A DNA stretch of 64,000 nucleotides from Longimicrobiales bacterium (GTDB lineage Bacteria; Gemmatimonadota; Gemmatimonadetes; Longimicrobiales; Gaopeijiaceae), in contig CBDCNQ010000002.1 of assembly GCA_965219445.1 (NCBI GenBank), positions 1 through 64,000 on the forward strand. The letters run 5' to 3'. The notes beneath the pieces are model-generated. The model saw nothing but the letters and a program-made list of their open reading frames with translations. It was not told the origin of the DNA and searched no databases. The position numbers and the translations under genes were made by a program. Every line of letters begins with the position of its first letter. Position 1 is the first letter of the stretch. Of the stretch, positions 10,592 to 20,497 are shown one piece after another.

Positions 10592-11821
10592 TCGGCGACC
10601 GTGATCCACTCCGATGGCGTGCTCTGGCCCTCGTCTCTCTGGCAGTCCTCCTAGGAATGTCCGTCTGGTTCACCGCGAGTGCGGTGGCCCCGGAACTGGA
10701 ACGCCGTTGGGACTTGAGCTCCAATCAGGTGGGTTGGCTCACGACGCTCGTTCAGTTGGGCTTCGTGGCCGGCACGATCCTGGCGGCGGTGATGAACTTG
10801 GCGGACGTCATTTCGTCGAGAGTCTATTTTTCGACGTCGGCTCTCTTGGCGGCCGGGGCGAACGCACTTCTTGTGGGCGTTCCCAGTTATGAGGGCACGC
10901 TGGTCCTACGGTTCCTGACCGGATTTTTTCTGGCGGGGGTCTACCCACCGGCCATGAAAGATGATCGCCACCTGGTTCCGGTCGGCCCGCGGACTTGCGA
11001 TCGGCACGGTGGTCGGGGCGCTCACGGTGGGGAAGGCGACCCCATATCTCTTGAAGCTGCTGGGCGGTGCTCCGATCTCCGCGGTGGTGTGGGGAGCGTC
11101 GGGGGGTGCCACGCTCGGAGGGCTCTTGGTGGCCGTCGCGTATAGAGAAGGGCCTCACTCGTTCACACGTGCGCCCTTTTCGTGGGGACTCGTGGCCGAG
11201 GTAGTGCGGCACCGGCCCACTCGCCTCGCCACGTACGGGTACCTGGGCCACATGTGGGAACTCTACGCGATGTGGACCTGGGTACCGGCGTTTCTGGCGG
11301 CGAGCGCCACGGCGAGGGCGGCGACGAGGGCCGCGGAGGCTACGGGTATAAATGGCGCCACCGTCGCGACCAACGCGGTGGATCTAGCCGCTTTTTGCGC
11401 GATCGCGGTGGGTGGCGTCGGCTGCGTCTGGGGTGGGTGGATAGCAGACCGGATCGGCAGGGGCCGATTCGTCAATCTGGCCATGGCGGTGAGCGGTGCG
11501 TGCTCACTGGTCGTTGGTATCTTCTTCGGTCAGAGCTTTTGGATATTGCTCCCCATAGTGCTTATGTGGGGTCTGTTCGTCGTCGCCGATTCGGCCCAGT
11601 TCAGCGCGATGGTCACCGAAGTCGCTCCCCGGCAGGGTGTCGGCACGGCGTTGACTCTCCAGACCTCGGTGGGGTTTCTGCTCACGATGGTGACCATCCA
11701 GGGGGTGCCGGTGCTTCAGGAGTCATTCGGCTGGAGCTTGGCGTTTCCGATTCTCGCGCTCGGTCCGATCTTCGGGATCACCGCGATTCGAAGGTTCGAC
11801 CAGGATCGTCGAGCAGCGTGA
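10588..11821 (+). pseudogene. MFS transporter, split by one frameshift near 10958
   Basis: RFLTGFFLAGVYPPAMK then MIATWF..., GHMWELYAMW, ADSAQFS; ATGAAAGATGATC has one extra A. Confidence 0.85.
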
Positions 11822-11839
11822 AGATGCTGACGAGGAGTG

Positions 11840-13024
11840 CTACCCGTGCTCCCCGCCGGACCGCCTTTCCACGCCGGACCTCCTTTCCCGGTCGGACATG
11901 CTCTGTGAGCCGACCCGCTTCGTAGAACTGGTCTTTTTCCCAAGGTTCAGGGGAAAAACCTCTAGAACGCGATCGTGCTGAGCGAAGAACACGATGCCGT
12001 CCCCGACCCCGACCTGAAGGTCTCGCGGCGGCTGCACGACTGAATCTCCGGCACTCTCCACCAACACGATATCCGTTTCGTGGTCCTCCTGAAGATCCCC
12101 GACGGTGCGCCCCGCGAGCAACGACCCCTCGGTGACCGTAAGGCGCATGGTCGAATATGCGACACCCTCGATCTCCAGTGTCTGGGTGATCTCGACACCG
12201 AGGGCTGCACCAGCGAAGACGGGAGCCGCCAAATCGGCCGAGCTCAATACCGCATGCACATCCAGGAAATTCTCGAGTTGCTCGGCGAACTGGCGATCCC
12301 ACATCCGACCCACAATCCGGATGTTTGGACACCCGTGCCGGGCCTTCATGATGGCCTCCATGTTCGCCTGGTCGTCTCCCGTGCAGGCGACAAAGGCCTC
12401 CGCGTGGGTCATTCGTGCCTTTTCCAGCGTTTCGGGAAGTCTCCCGTCTCCGCGGATGATCGGGACGCCCATCTCCCCAAGCCGCTTCTCCGCATGCGCA
12501 CTGGGGGAGTGGTCGATGGCTACGACGTCCAGGCCCATGGCGACGACGTCTCGGATCACTCGCTGACCCACATGTCCAGCACCGAATACGATGACATGAT
12601 TCCGGTACGTCAAAGCCAGAGCCTCCGCCCAAGGGTTTCTACTCTCGTCCCTATTGAACACCAGATTCACGAAGTCGGCCGCGCCGAGGCCGACCAACAG
12701 CACGAAGCCCAGTGGCATCAAGTACCAGAACACCACGAGAGCCCCCTCCGGCGGCACCGCCTCCGGAGCCTCCAGGATCATGAGTTGCAGAATGATATAT
12801 GGGCGGTCGATCAGAGGCATTGGCTCGCCGCGCACCGCCTCGTACACCTCTCCGTAGACGAGTCCACCCGCCACGGTCAGAAGGACGAATCCGACCAACG
12901 GGACACGAAATTCGCGGAGCAGCGCCATCGCGTGATACCAGCCCGCCCTCGCCGTCCGAGGGAGAGATCGAGGGACCGAACGTCGTATCGGGCCGGCAAA
13001 CCGACTTCGTACAACGGGGGTCAA
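11840..13024 (-). CDS. TrkA/RCK-domain potassium channel-associated protein
   Basis: Two TM helices, VFGAGHVG Rossmann motif, TrkA-C like end; AGGAGGAG RBS before TTG at 13024. Confidence 0.8.
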   Translation of the reverse strand: MTPVVRSRFAGPIRRSVPRSLPRTARAGWYHAMALLREFRVPLVGFVLLTVAGGLVYGEVYEAVRGEPMPLIDRPYIILQLMILEAPEAVPPEGALVVFWYLMPLGFVLLVGLGAADFVNLVFNRDESRNPWAEALALTYRNHVIVFGAGHVGQRVIRDVVAMGLDVVAIDHSPSAHAEKRLGEMGVPIIRGDGRLPETLEKARMTHAEAFVACTGDDQANMEAIMKARHGCPNIRIVGRMWDRQFAEQLENFLDVHAVLSSADLAAPVFAGAALGVEITQTLEIEGVAYSTMRLTVTEGSLLAGRTVGDLQEDHETDIVLVESAGDSVVQPPRDLQVGVGDGIVFFAQHDRVLEVFPLNLGKKTSSTKRVGSQSMSDRERRSGVERRSGGEHG

Positions 13025-13226
13025 ACGACTCCTCCTTCGTGAGCTTGTGAGACCGCACCAGACTCCGGTGGGCCGAAGTGGCGCAGGGTCGTAGGAATCT
13101 AGCAGATGCCGGTATTTCGGGTCGACCGGCCGGCCTCCGGCCCGCCAGGTTTCTGTTGTCGTTTCTATACTCCGCGGGCATCTTGCAGAGGGTTCACCTT
13201 CTGAAATTCTATCCGAGCAGGCCCCT

Positions 13227-14186
13227 GTGCACCTGGTAGACGGATATTCAGTCGTCGTACCACTGTTCAACGGTGGAGCCGTCATCGAAGAGCTGGTGGC
13301 GCGCTTGGGTGCGGTACTGGAGCCCATGGAGCACCCATACGAGATCATCCTCGTCGACGACGGCAGTCAGGACGGGAGTGCCGAGAAGGCGAAGAAGCTT
13401 GCCGAGTCCATGCCCAGTGTCCGTACGTTCGAGCTCTTACGGAACTACGGGCAACATAACGCCACTCTTTGTGGAATCCGTGCTGCCCGATACGCCTATA
13501 CGATCACGCTCGACGACGACCTGCAGAATCCGCCGGAGGAGATTCCCAAGTTGTTGGCGGCCCTGGAGGACGGCTGCGACGTTGTGTACGGGTGCCCGAT
13601 CGCGCAGCGGCATGGTCTCTGGCGCAACCTAGCCTCCAGGCTGACCAAGTTCGCGCTGGCTACCGTAATGGGCGCAAAGGTCGCGAAGCAGGTCAGCGCA
13701 TACCGGGCCTTCCGAACTTCGATGCGCGCGGCGTTTGCGGAGTACCGTGGGCCGTTCGTTTCGATCGACGTCTTGCTCACGTGGGGCACCACCCGATTCG
13801 ACGCCGTGGTTGTCGAGCACGAGCAAAGAGCCGACGGTACATCCAACTACACCCTCGGCAAGCTCGTTGCCCATGCACTGAACATGATGACCGGGTTCAG
13901 CACAACACCACTGAAGGTCGCGAGCTACATGGGATTCGTGTTCACGTTGTTCGGGCTGGTTGTGCTGGCGATGGTCGTCGGGCGGTATGTGATCGAGGGC
14001 ACCGAGGTGCCTGGCTTTCCATTTCTCGCCTCGATTATTTCGATTTTTTCCGGGGTGCAGTTGTTCGCCCTTGGCATCATGGGCGAGTACCTCGCCAGAA
14101 TGCACTACAGGATGATGGATCGCCCGTCCTACGCCGTACGACCACCAGAAACTTCTACCACGGACGATGATACTCGTCCGCAATGA
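13227..14186 (+). CDS. GT2 polyprenyl-phosphate glycosyltransferase (ArnC/GtrB-like)
   Basis: SVVVPLFN, VDDGSQD, RNYGQHNATLCG, DDDLQNPPEEIP, two C-terminal TM helices, GEYLAR. Confidence 0.88.
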   Translation: MHLVDGYSVVVPLFNGGAVIEELVARLGAVLEPMEHPYEIILVDDGSQDGSAEKAKKLAESMPSVRTFELLRNYGQHNATLCGIRAARYAYTITLDDDLQNPPEEIPKLLAALEDGCDVVYGCPIAQRHGLWRNLASRLTKFALATVMGAKVAKQVSAYRAFRTSMRAAFAEYRGPFVSIDVLLTWGTTRFDAVVVEHEQRADGTSNYTLGKLVAHALNMMTGFSTTPLKVASYMGFVFTLFGLVVLAMVVGRYVIEGTEVPGFPFLASIISIFSGVQLFALGIMGEYLARMHYRMMDRPSYAVRPPETSTTDDDTRPQ

Positions 14187-15091
14187 CTAACGTCGCGTTA
14201 TTCGGCAGCCAGGGGATCGCGGTTGCCTTCCTGGATTTTCTCCGTTCGCGTGATGACGTAGAAGTCGGGCTTGTTGTTGCCTGCGATTCCGAGCGCGATG
14301 CGTCACTCGGGTACGAGTCCCTCATGGCTAGCGCCGGGAAGCTGAATCTCAAGGCGGCCCACGACGACCAGATCCTCAGTAGTCTATCCAGCACCGAACC
14401 CGACATCTTGTTCTCCGTCTACCACCGAAAGCTGCTCCCTCCCGAAGTCCTTCGCATCCCTCCTCTCGGTTGCGTGAACATTCATCCGGGGCTCCTTCCC
14501 AGCTACCGCGGAGCCACGCCGACGGCCTGGGCCATGCTCAACGGAGAAACCACTTTTGGGATCACGATCCATTACATGGATGCCACTTTCGATACCGGTG
14601 ACATCCTGGTTCAGGAAGTGCACGACATCGATCCTCAAGAGACGGGATACCAGCTCCGCGTACGTGCCATGCGTTTGGGGGCAGAGCTCCTCAGGAAGAA
14701 TTTCGATGGGATCGTGAACCGGACCCTTACGCCGATCAAGCAGGAAGGCGCGGGGTCCTACTTCGGGAAGCTGGAGACGGACTACCGAATCGACTGGAAC
14801 GATCGGGCGGAGGTGATTCGTAATGCCGTACGCGTCTATGCGAGCCCCTACGCGCGTGCCAGGACCTCGTTACGCGACAAGTCCATCCTGGTGAATCATG
14901 CTGTGGTGCTCGACGACCCCGACCGGCACGCGACCCACAGCCCGGGCGAAATCGTCGATGTCTTGGATGGGGGCGCCCCCGTCGTTGCTGTGGCGGACGG
15001 ATTCTTGATCATAGACGACTGTAAAGCGCTACCGCCCATGACCGAGGCCGAGCGAGAAGGTTTGCTTCGCAAGGGCAACCGCTTCATCTGA
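14183..15091 (+). CDS. Sugar N-formyltransferase (Fmt/ArnA N-terminal-like)
   Basis: NIHPGLLPSYRG, GITIHYM, FDTGDI; ATGA overlap with GT2. Confidence 0.82.
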   Translation: MTNVALFGSQGIAVAFLDFLRSRDDVEVGLVVACDSERDASLGYESLMASAGKLNLKAAHDDQILSSLSSTEPDILFSVYHRKLLPPEVLRIPPLGCVNIHPGLLPSYRGATPTAWAMLNGETTFGITIHYMDATFDTGDILVQEVHDIDPQETGYQLRVRAMRLGAELLRKNFDGIVNRTLTPIKQEGAGSYFGKLETDYRIDWNDRAEVIRNAVRVYASPYARARTSLRDKSILVNHAVVLDDPDRHATHSPGEIVDVLDGGAPVVAVADGFLIIDDCKALPPMTEAEREGLLRKGNRFI

Positions 15092-15124
15092 TTCCCACCG
15101 GCCGATGATCCCGACGGCCGACTC

Positions 15125-16267
15125 TCAGGCGGCGTGGAACTCCGTAATCCTATCGATCACGTAGGCCTGGCTCGTCTCGTTCAGGCCCGTAAAAAAGGGA
15201 AGTCGCACGAGGCGTGTGCTCACGTCCTCGGCCACAGGGCACTCCCCCGGCAGGGCGCCCAGCTCGCGTCCCTTCGCCGACAGATGGAGCGGGATGTAGT
15301 GGAAGACCGCGTGTATTCCATGATCGGCGAGGTGCTCGATGAATCGGGATCGGTCGGCGGCGGTCGGGAGCAGCAGATAGAACAGGTGTGAGGTATGCTC
15401 GACATCCACGGGAATGGTCGGGAGGTGCACGCCCGTCCGGTCGGCCCAGTCCGAAAGGCCCTCCGCGTACCGTCGCCAGATCGCACCGCGCATCTCCTGG
15501 ATCCTCGCCCGTTGCTCGAGTTGGCAAAGCAGGAACGCCGAAAGGAGGTCGGAGGGCAGATAGCTGGAGCCGAGATCGACCCAGGTGTATTTGTCGACCT
15601 GACCTTGAAGGAATTGAGTCCGGTTGGTGCCCTTCTCGCGAACGATTCGCGCCCGCTCGAGGAGGGCCGAATCATTGAGGAGAAGCGCTCCGCCCTTTCC
15701 GCAGGTCAGGTTCTTCGTTTCGTGGAAACTCTGTGTCGCCATGGCTCCGAACGTACCCAAGGCTTGCCCCCGGTAGCTCCCCATGAGGCCGTGCGCATTG
15801 TCCTCGATCACGGGAACACCCACGTCGCGCGCAATTCTTCCGATCTCATCCATCTCGCAGGCGACCCCCGCGTAGTGCACGATCACGATCGCCTTGGTGC
15901 GATTCGATATCCGCCCGGACAACGCTCGTTCGTCGATATTGAGCGTATCCGCCCGTACGTCGGCGAAAACTGGCCGCGCCCCCCGGAGAGCGAACGCGTT
16001 TGCGGTGCTTACGAAGGTGAACGACGGCATGACGACCTCGTCATCCGGCTCGAGATCGAGGAGGATGGCCGCCATCTCGAGAGCATGCGTGCAAGAGCAC
16101 GTGAGAAGCGCGTGGGGTGCTCCGGTGATTTCCTGCAAGAGCTGCTCGCATCGTTCCGTGAACGGACCTCCCTCCGAAATCGTGAGACCCTCTACCGCCT
16201 CGCGCATTCGGTCGAATTCGGATCCGACGAGAAAGGGGCGGTTGAATGGGACTCTGATGGGCGTCAC
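15125..16267 (-). CDS. wecE: dTDP-4-amino-4,6-dideoxygalactose transaminase
   Basis: VPFNRP, SCTHALEMAA, SFHETKN, REKGTNR, VDKYTWVDLGSSYLPS, FHYIPLH. Confidence 0.9.
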   Translation of the reverse strand: MTPIRVPFNRPFLVGSEFDRMREAVEGLTISEGGPFTERCEQLLQEITGAPHALLTCSCTHALEMAAILLDLEPDDEVVMPSFTFVSTANAFALRGARPVFADVRADTLNIDERALSGRISNRTKAIVIVHYAGVACEMDEIGRIARDVGVPVIEDNAHGLMGSYRGQALGTFGAMATQSFHETKNLTCGKGGALLLNDSALLERARIVREKGTNRTQFLQGQVDKYTWVDLGSSYLPSDLLSAFLLCQLEQRARIQEMRGAIWRRYAEGLSDWADRTGVHLPTIPVDVEHTSHLFYLLLPTAADRSRFIEHLADHGIHAVFHYIPLHLSAKGRELGALPGECPVAEDVSTRLVRLPFFTGLNETSQAYVIDRITEFHAA

Positions 16268-16460
16268 GGATGTGCTCCTCTGACGAGGGGATGGAACGAG
16301 GGCCGCACGGAATGCGAGATCCTGGTCTTCCACAAGCTATTTCCGGGGCTGGTCCGCGCCAACGGGGCTATTTTCGTTGCCTGCTCGGGGACTTCGGATG
16401 TAGAGTGGTGAAGCGCCATCTACCCACCCGCTCTCTGAACTAAACCGTCTGACCGGATTG

Positions 16461-18185
16461 ATGACCGAAGAGCCGCTTCGAACCCTCATCGTAGAAGATG
16501 ACGAAGACCAACGGGTGCTGCTGACCCGGATCCTTGAGAGCCGGGGCCACGAGGTCGTGGCTTTCGGCACGTCTGAGGAGGGTCTCGTGGCGTACCAGCG
16601 CGACCCGTTCCCGCTCGTGATCCTCGACGTCATGCTTCCGGGCATGAACGGGATGGAGCTGTGTCGCGCGATGCGGCTCGCGCCTGAGTCCGCGCAGACC
16701 GTCATTCTGTTCGCGACCGGTGTGGATGGGAGAGAGGGCATTGAAGAGGCCCTCTCGTCGGGTGCCGACGACTATCTCACCAAGCCGCTGACGGGGGAGC
16801 TTCTCCATGTTCGGCTGACGATCGCCGAGCGACAGGTTCGCGCTCTTCAAAGCCAGAAGCAGCGGGAACTCGACCTGATGCGGGACGCCCTCCGCGATCC
16901 GGTCACCGATCTTCCCAACCGGCAGCTCTTTTTCGAGAGGCTCGATCGGGCGGCCCGGCGCCACGGGAGGGAGAACGGGGCGTTCTCGGTCCTGTACGTG
17001 GACCTCGACGGCTTTCGCGAGATCAACGAGAAGCACGGGCGCGACTCCGGCGATCGCGTGCTTCGGGAAGTGGGCGAGCGCCTGGAGCCCTGTGTGCGTC
17101 CAGTGGACACCGTCGCTCGAATGCAGGGCGACGAGTTCATCCTATTGCTCGACGGCGTGAAGAACGTGAGTGAGCCCGTGCGCTTGGCCAACCGCATCCA
17201 TCAGGCTCTTTCGGCCCCATTCCATGTCGAGAACCAAGAGCTGTTTTCGAGCGCCAGCATCGGCATAGGCTTGAGCCAGACGGGCTTTGAAAAGCCGAGC
17301 GACATGGTGCGCGACGCCAAGACGGCTGCGCGCACGGCTCGCGCCGAAGACGGCCCCAGCTCCCATCGCATTTTCGATCCCGTGTTACATGCCGGAGCCC
17401 TCGCCCGGGTTCATCTGGAGTCTCGCCTCAAGGTGGCCGTGGACCGAGATGAGCTGGTTCATCATTATCAGCCGCTCGTTTCACTCGAGACCGGTCAAAT
17501 CGTTGGTTTCGAGGCCCTCCTTCGCTGGGAGGATCCCGATCGCGGAATGGTCTTTCCAAATGAATTCGTGCCGGTGGCCGAAGAAACGGGTCTGATTATT
17601 CCCATCGGGTGGTGGGGCCTGGAGCAGGGTTGCCGCCAACTGAAGGAGTGGCAGGACCGGTTTCCGCGAGACGTGCCATTGACCATGGCGATGAACATTT
17701 CAGCGAAGCAGTTCGAGCAGCCCGATCTCGTCGAACAGATCGCCACTCAGCTCTCCCGCTTCGAGCTTCCCCCCGCCTCGGTACACATCGAGATCACCGA
17801 GTCTTCTTTGATGTCGAACGTGGACAGCTCTGCTGCGGTCCTTCAGCAGCTTTGGGACCGTTCGTTGCGCCTCCACATCGACGACTTCGGCACGGGATAT
17901 TCCTCGCTCAGCTACTTGTGCCGGCTGCCGATCCACACGTTGAAGATCGATCGGTCCTTCGTCGAACGTATGGGGGAAGCGGACTCCGACCTGGAAATCG
18001 TGAAGACGATCATCCGGTTGGCCAAGAACCTCGGCTTGTCGATCATCGCGGAGGGAGTCGAAACGAAAGATCAGCTGGATCAGTTGATCGAGCTCGGGTG
18101 CGAAGAAGCCCAGGGCTACCTGTTTTCCCAGCCTGTCGAGAGTACGGCGGCTGAAGAGCTCTTGTCGGGAGGGCCGCTCTTCTAG
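16461..18185 (+). CDS. REC-GGDEF-EAL c-di-GMP signalling protein
   Basis: REC (EDD, D, K), degenerate QGDEF, intact EALLRW, DDFGTGYSS, EGVE. Confidence 0.92.
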   Translation: MTEEPLRTLIVEDDEDQRVLLTRILESRGHEVVAFGTSEEGLVAYQRDPFPLVILDVMLPGMNGMELCRAMRLAPESAQTVILFATGVDGREGIEEALSSGADDYLTKPLTGELLHVRLTIAERQVRALQSQKQRELDLMRDALRDPVTDLPNRQLFFERLDRAARRHGRENGAFSVLYVDLDGFREINEKHGRDSGDRVLREVGERLEPCVRPVDTVARMQGDEFILLLDGVKNVSEPVRLANRIHQALSAPFHVENQELFSSASIGIGLSQTGFEKPSDMVRDAKTAARTARAEDGPSSHRIFDPVLHAGALARVHLESRLKVAVDRDELVHHYQPLVSLETGQIVGFEALLRWEDPDRGMVFPNEFVPVAEETGLIIPIGWWGLEQGCRQLKEWQDRFPRDVPLTMAMNISAKQFEQPDLVEQIATQLSRFELPPASVHIEITESSLMSNVDSSAAVLQQLWDRSLRLHIDDFGTGYSSLSYLCRLPIHTLKIDRSFVERMGEADSDLEIVKTIIRLAKNLGLSIIAEGVETKDQLDQLIELGCEEAQGYLFSQPVESTAAEELLSGGPLF

Positions 18186-18251
18186 CGTCGCGCCTTGCTG
18201 GATCCGGCGCCTCCGCACTCTCGGTAGCTCGCGAACTTCCGGAACACGACT

Positions 18252-20492
18252 CTAGGGCGTGCGGGCCACGCCCACGACCCCCCACAGTTGGGCCATCGCC
18301 TCGTCGTACGGGACAATCTCCGGCGGAAAGCGTGGGTCCTTGGGCACGAATACGAACGGTCGTCGGTCCGGATGGGCATCGAGGAGGCGCCGATTCTGCT
18401 CCGGCCCAAAATCCCTGACGAACATCGGGCGTCCCTCTTCGATTCCGGGAAGGTCTCCTTGCCAGAGCAGAGGGGCGAGCGCGACCGCCCCGAAGCGATC
18501 CGCACCGACCTCCCGGGAACAAGCGGTCCCAAAAGGCTCTCCGGTTCGGGTCCGCAGCGTCGCCCCCGGCGGAGAGGGAGGGCGTTCAATATCTGAAGGC
18601 GTGCCGGGTACCTGCTCGAGGTCCAAGTCAGGAAGAGATGCGCCGCCAGGCTCCGGGCTATGCGTCCGTCGAGAGCCGGCTCCGGCCGCCCGAGCTTCCC
18701 GAGCCAATGCGTATGTATGGAGCCCACAGTTCGTGTTCCGACGGAGGGCCGTGATGACGCTGTCCTGTCTCATCCCACCGGCGCCCTGAAGGCGTGAACT
18801 GAGCCGCTCATTCCAAGAAGCGTGTACGAAGACGATCGCGGGCTCTTCGGTGGGGAGGGACGGCACCGTGATACGCTGTAGCGTTTCCTCACTCCACCGG
18901 TAACTGCTCCATCGGGTGGGAGCGCCCCAAAGCGCCGCACCGGCCACGCCGATCAGAATGGCCCACGTGGTCATATCCGCGGCCCAAGCACGCCGATCAC
19001 GGGAGTGTTCTTGGTCGCTGCGACCTCCCCCCGGCACGCCTGCACCGGGGGCAGATCCCTCGACGGTGCTCCCCAAACCACCGGCCAACCCCAGGGCTGC
19101 GATCACTCCCAGGGCGATCCATGCCGGAGCCGCCTCGTAGAGCATCCGTACATCGTGGAACCAGTAATACCCGTTCGCCATCACCGGGAGGAATGCCCAG
19201 GCAGCGAGCACCGCAACCCCACTGGGGAGTCGGGAGGCCAACAGGAGATAGAGCCCGATGATCGCGGTCACCGGAAACGGCGTTTCCAGTAACTGAACAC
19301 CCAAGCTGAGGACGTCGGATGAGGTAAACGCAACGGCCTCCCCAAGGCCGTACGGGTATCCCCAGGGATCCATGTGGAACCCCAAGCGGTGGCGATCCCC
19401 AAAGGCCGCGATGTACCCCAGGGTGAACGGACTCCCGTAGAGGCGCTGATTGAACCAGCCGAGGAACACCGCGAAGGGCGCGCCTCCCAACAGTGTGGCG
19501 CCGGCGCGGCGGAAGAACCACGCCCGGCCGCGTAGGTTTTCTCCAAAGGCGGCCGGGCCCCACAGACCCAGGGTGAAGACCGTCCCAAGGACCAGTCCGA
19601 TAAGGGGACGATCCGAGACCATGAGTCCGACAGCGGCTCCCGCGGCCACGCCCCACCATCCGCTGCCGTCCCTGGCTCGGAGCGCGGCGTAAAGCGCGGC
19701 GGCCCCGAAGGCTCCGGCCGAGACGTGACTCATCGAACCACCGCCGAGAAGAAAAACGAAGGGGGTCACAGCGACGAGCAGGGCCGCCACCCGGGCCGGG
19801 CCCGGGTGCTCCGGCAGTAACCTCGGCAGCGACAGGGCGAGGAGCCCCGCGAGCACACCCGCGAATATCGGACCGAGCAACATGGGTGTGCCCACACGGA
19901 TCAATGCCGCCATGGCAAAGAGGTGGGTCGGGGGGAAATGAGACACCCACCCCTCGGAGACCAAGAGGGTGTTGGGGATCAGCCAGGCCTCCGGGGCGTC
20001 GGCGATGGGTCCGGCGAGCAGTCCGTTCGCGAGATAGCGCGCGTGGATTGTGGACGCAATCTCATCGACATTGGTGAAAAACCCCTGATAAATGAAGCGC
20101 CCGGTGAGTACCGAGAGCCCGAACGACAGGCCCGAGAGCGTGATGGCGTAGATCGCGCCTGACGGCTTCGAAAGCCCCGTCGCGAGAGCTCGCCCGATCT
20201 CGCGAATCCCCCTATTGGGCAGGATGCGCGCCAAGAGCCATGCGAGAAGCAGGGTCACGATCGTGCCCCACCACGCCAACTGGAGCGTCACCTCAGCCAC
20301 CTCGACGCTGACCCTACGGTGGGGCGCGTCTACCGATGTGTCCATCAGCCGGTAGATCGGGACGAACGCAAGGACGATCAAGAGTGCGCCGAGGCCCTGG
20401 CGGGATCTCCGTCCCCACGTACGAGCTGGTGCCGCGGGCACCGGGGCTTCTCGCCCTCCCCCTGTGTCTCCCGGCTCGGTCGAATGCGTCAC
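18252..20492 (-). CDS. Polytopic membrane protein, probable GT-C fold glycosyltransferase (ArnT/PMT-like)
   Basis: About 12 hydrophobic segments, DE motif after early TMs (NVDEIASTIHARYLANG), SHFPP, RMLYE, soluble C-terminal domain. Confidence 0.6.
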   Translation of the reverse strand: MTHSTEPGDTGGGREAPVPAAPARTWGRRSRQGLGALLIVLAFVPIYRLMDTSVDAPHRRVSVEVAEVTLQLAWWGTIVTLLLAWLLARILPNRGIREIGRALATGLSKPSGAIYAITLSGLSFGLSVLTGRFIYQGFFTNVDEIASTIHARYLANGLLAGPIADAPEAWLIPNTLLVSEGWVSHFPPTHLFAMAALIRVGTPMLLGPIFAGVLAGLLALSLPRLLPEHPGPARVAALLVAVTPFVFLLGGGSMSHVSAGAFGAAALYAALRARDGSGWWGVAAGAAVGLMVSDRPLIGLVLGTVFTLGLWGPAAFGENLRGRAWFFRRAGATLLGGAPFAVFLGWFNQRLYGSPFTLGYIAAFGDRHRLGFHMDPWGYPYGLGEAVAFTSSDVLSLGVQLLETPFPVTAIIGLYLLLASRLPSGVAVLAAWAFLPVMANGYYWFHDVRMLYEAAPAWIALGVIAALGLAGGLGSTVEGSAPGAGVPGGGRSDQEHSRDRRAWAADMTTWAILIGVAGAALWGAPTRWSSYRWSEETLQRITVPSLPTEEPAIVFVHASWNERLSSRLQGAGGMRQDSVITALRRNTNCGLHTYALAREARAAGAGSRRTHSPEPGGASLPDLDLEQVPGTPSDIERPPSPPGATLRTRTGEPFGTACSREVGADRFGAVALAPLLWQGDLPGIEEGRPMFVRDFGPEQNRRLLDAHPDRRPFVFVPKDPRFPPEIVPYDEAMAQLWGVVGVARTP

Positions 20493-20497
20493 GGACC

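Noticed and set aside
14183..15091. Housekeeping methionyl-tRNA formyltransferase (fmt)
   Set aside because: Lacks the N-terminal GTPxF and QPDRP motifs; sugar-pathway context
19025..19038. Possible att copy of tRNA 3' end (CCCCCGGCAC)
   Set aside because: Short GC-rich match inside a coding gene on the wrong side; chance
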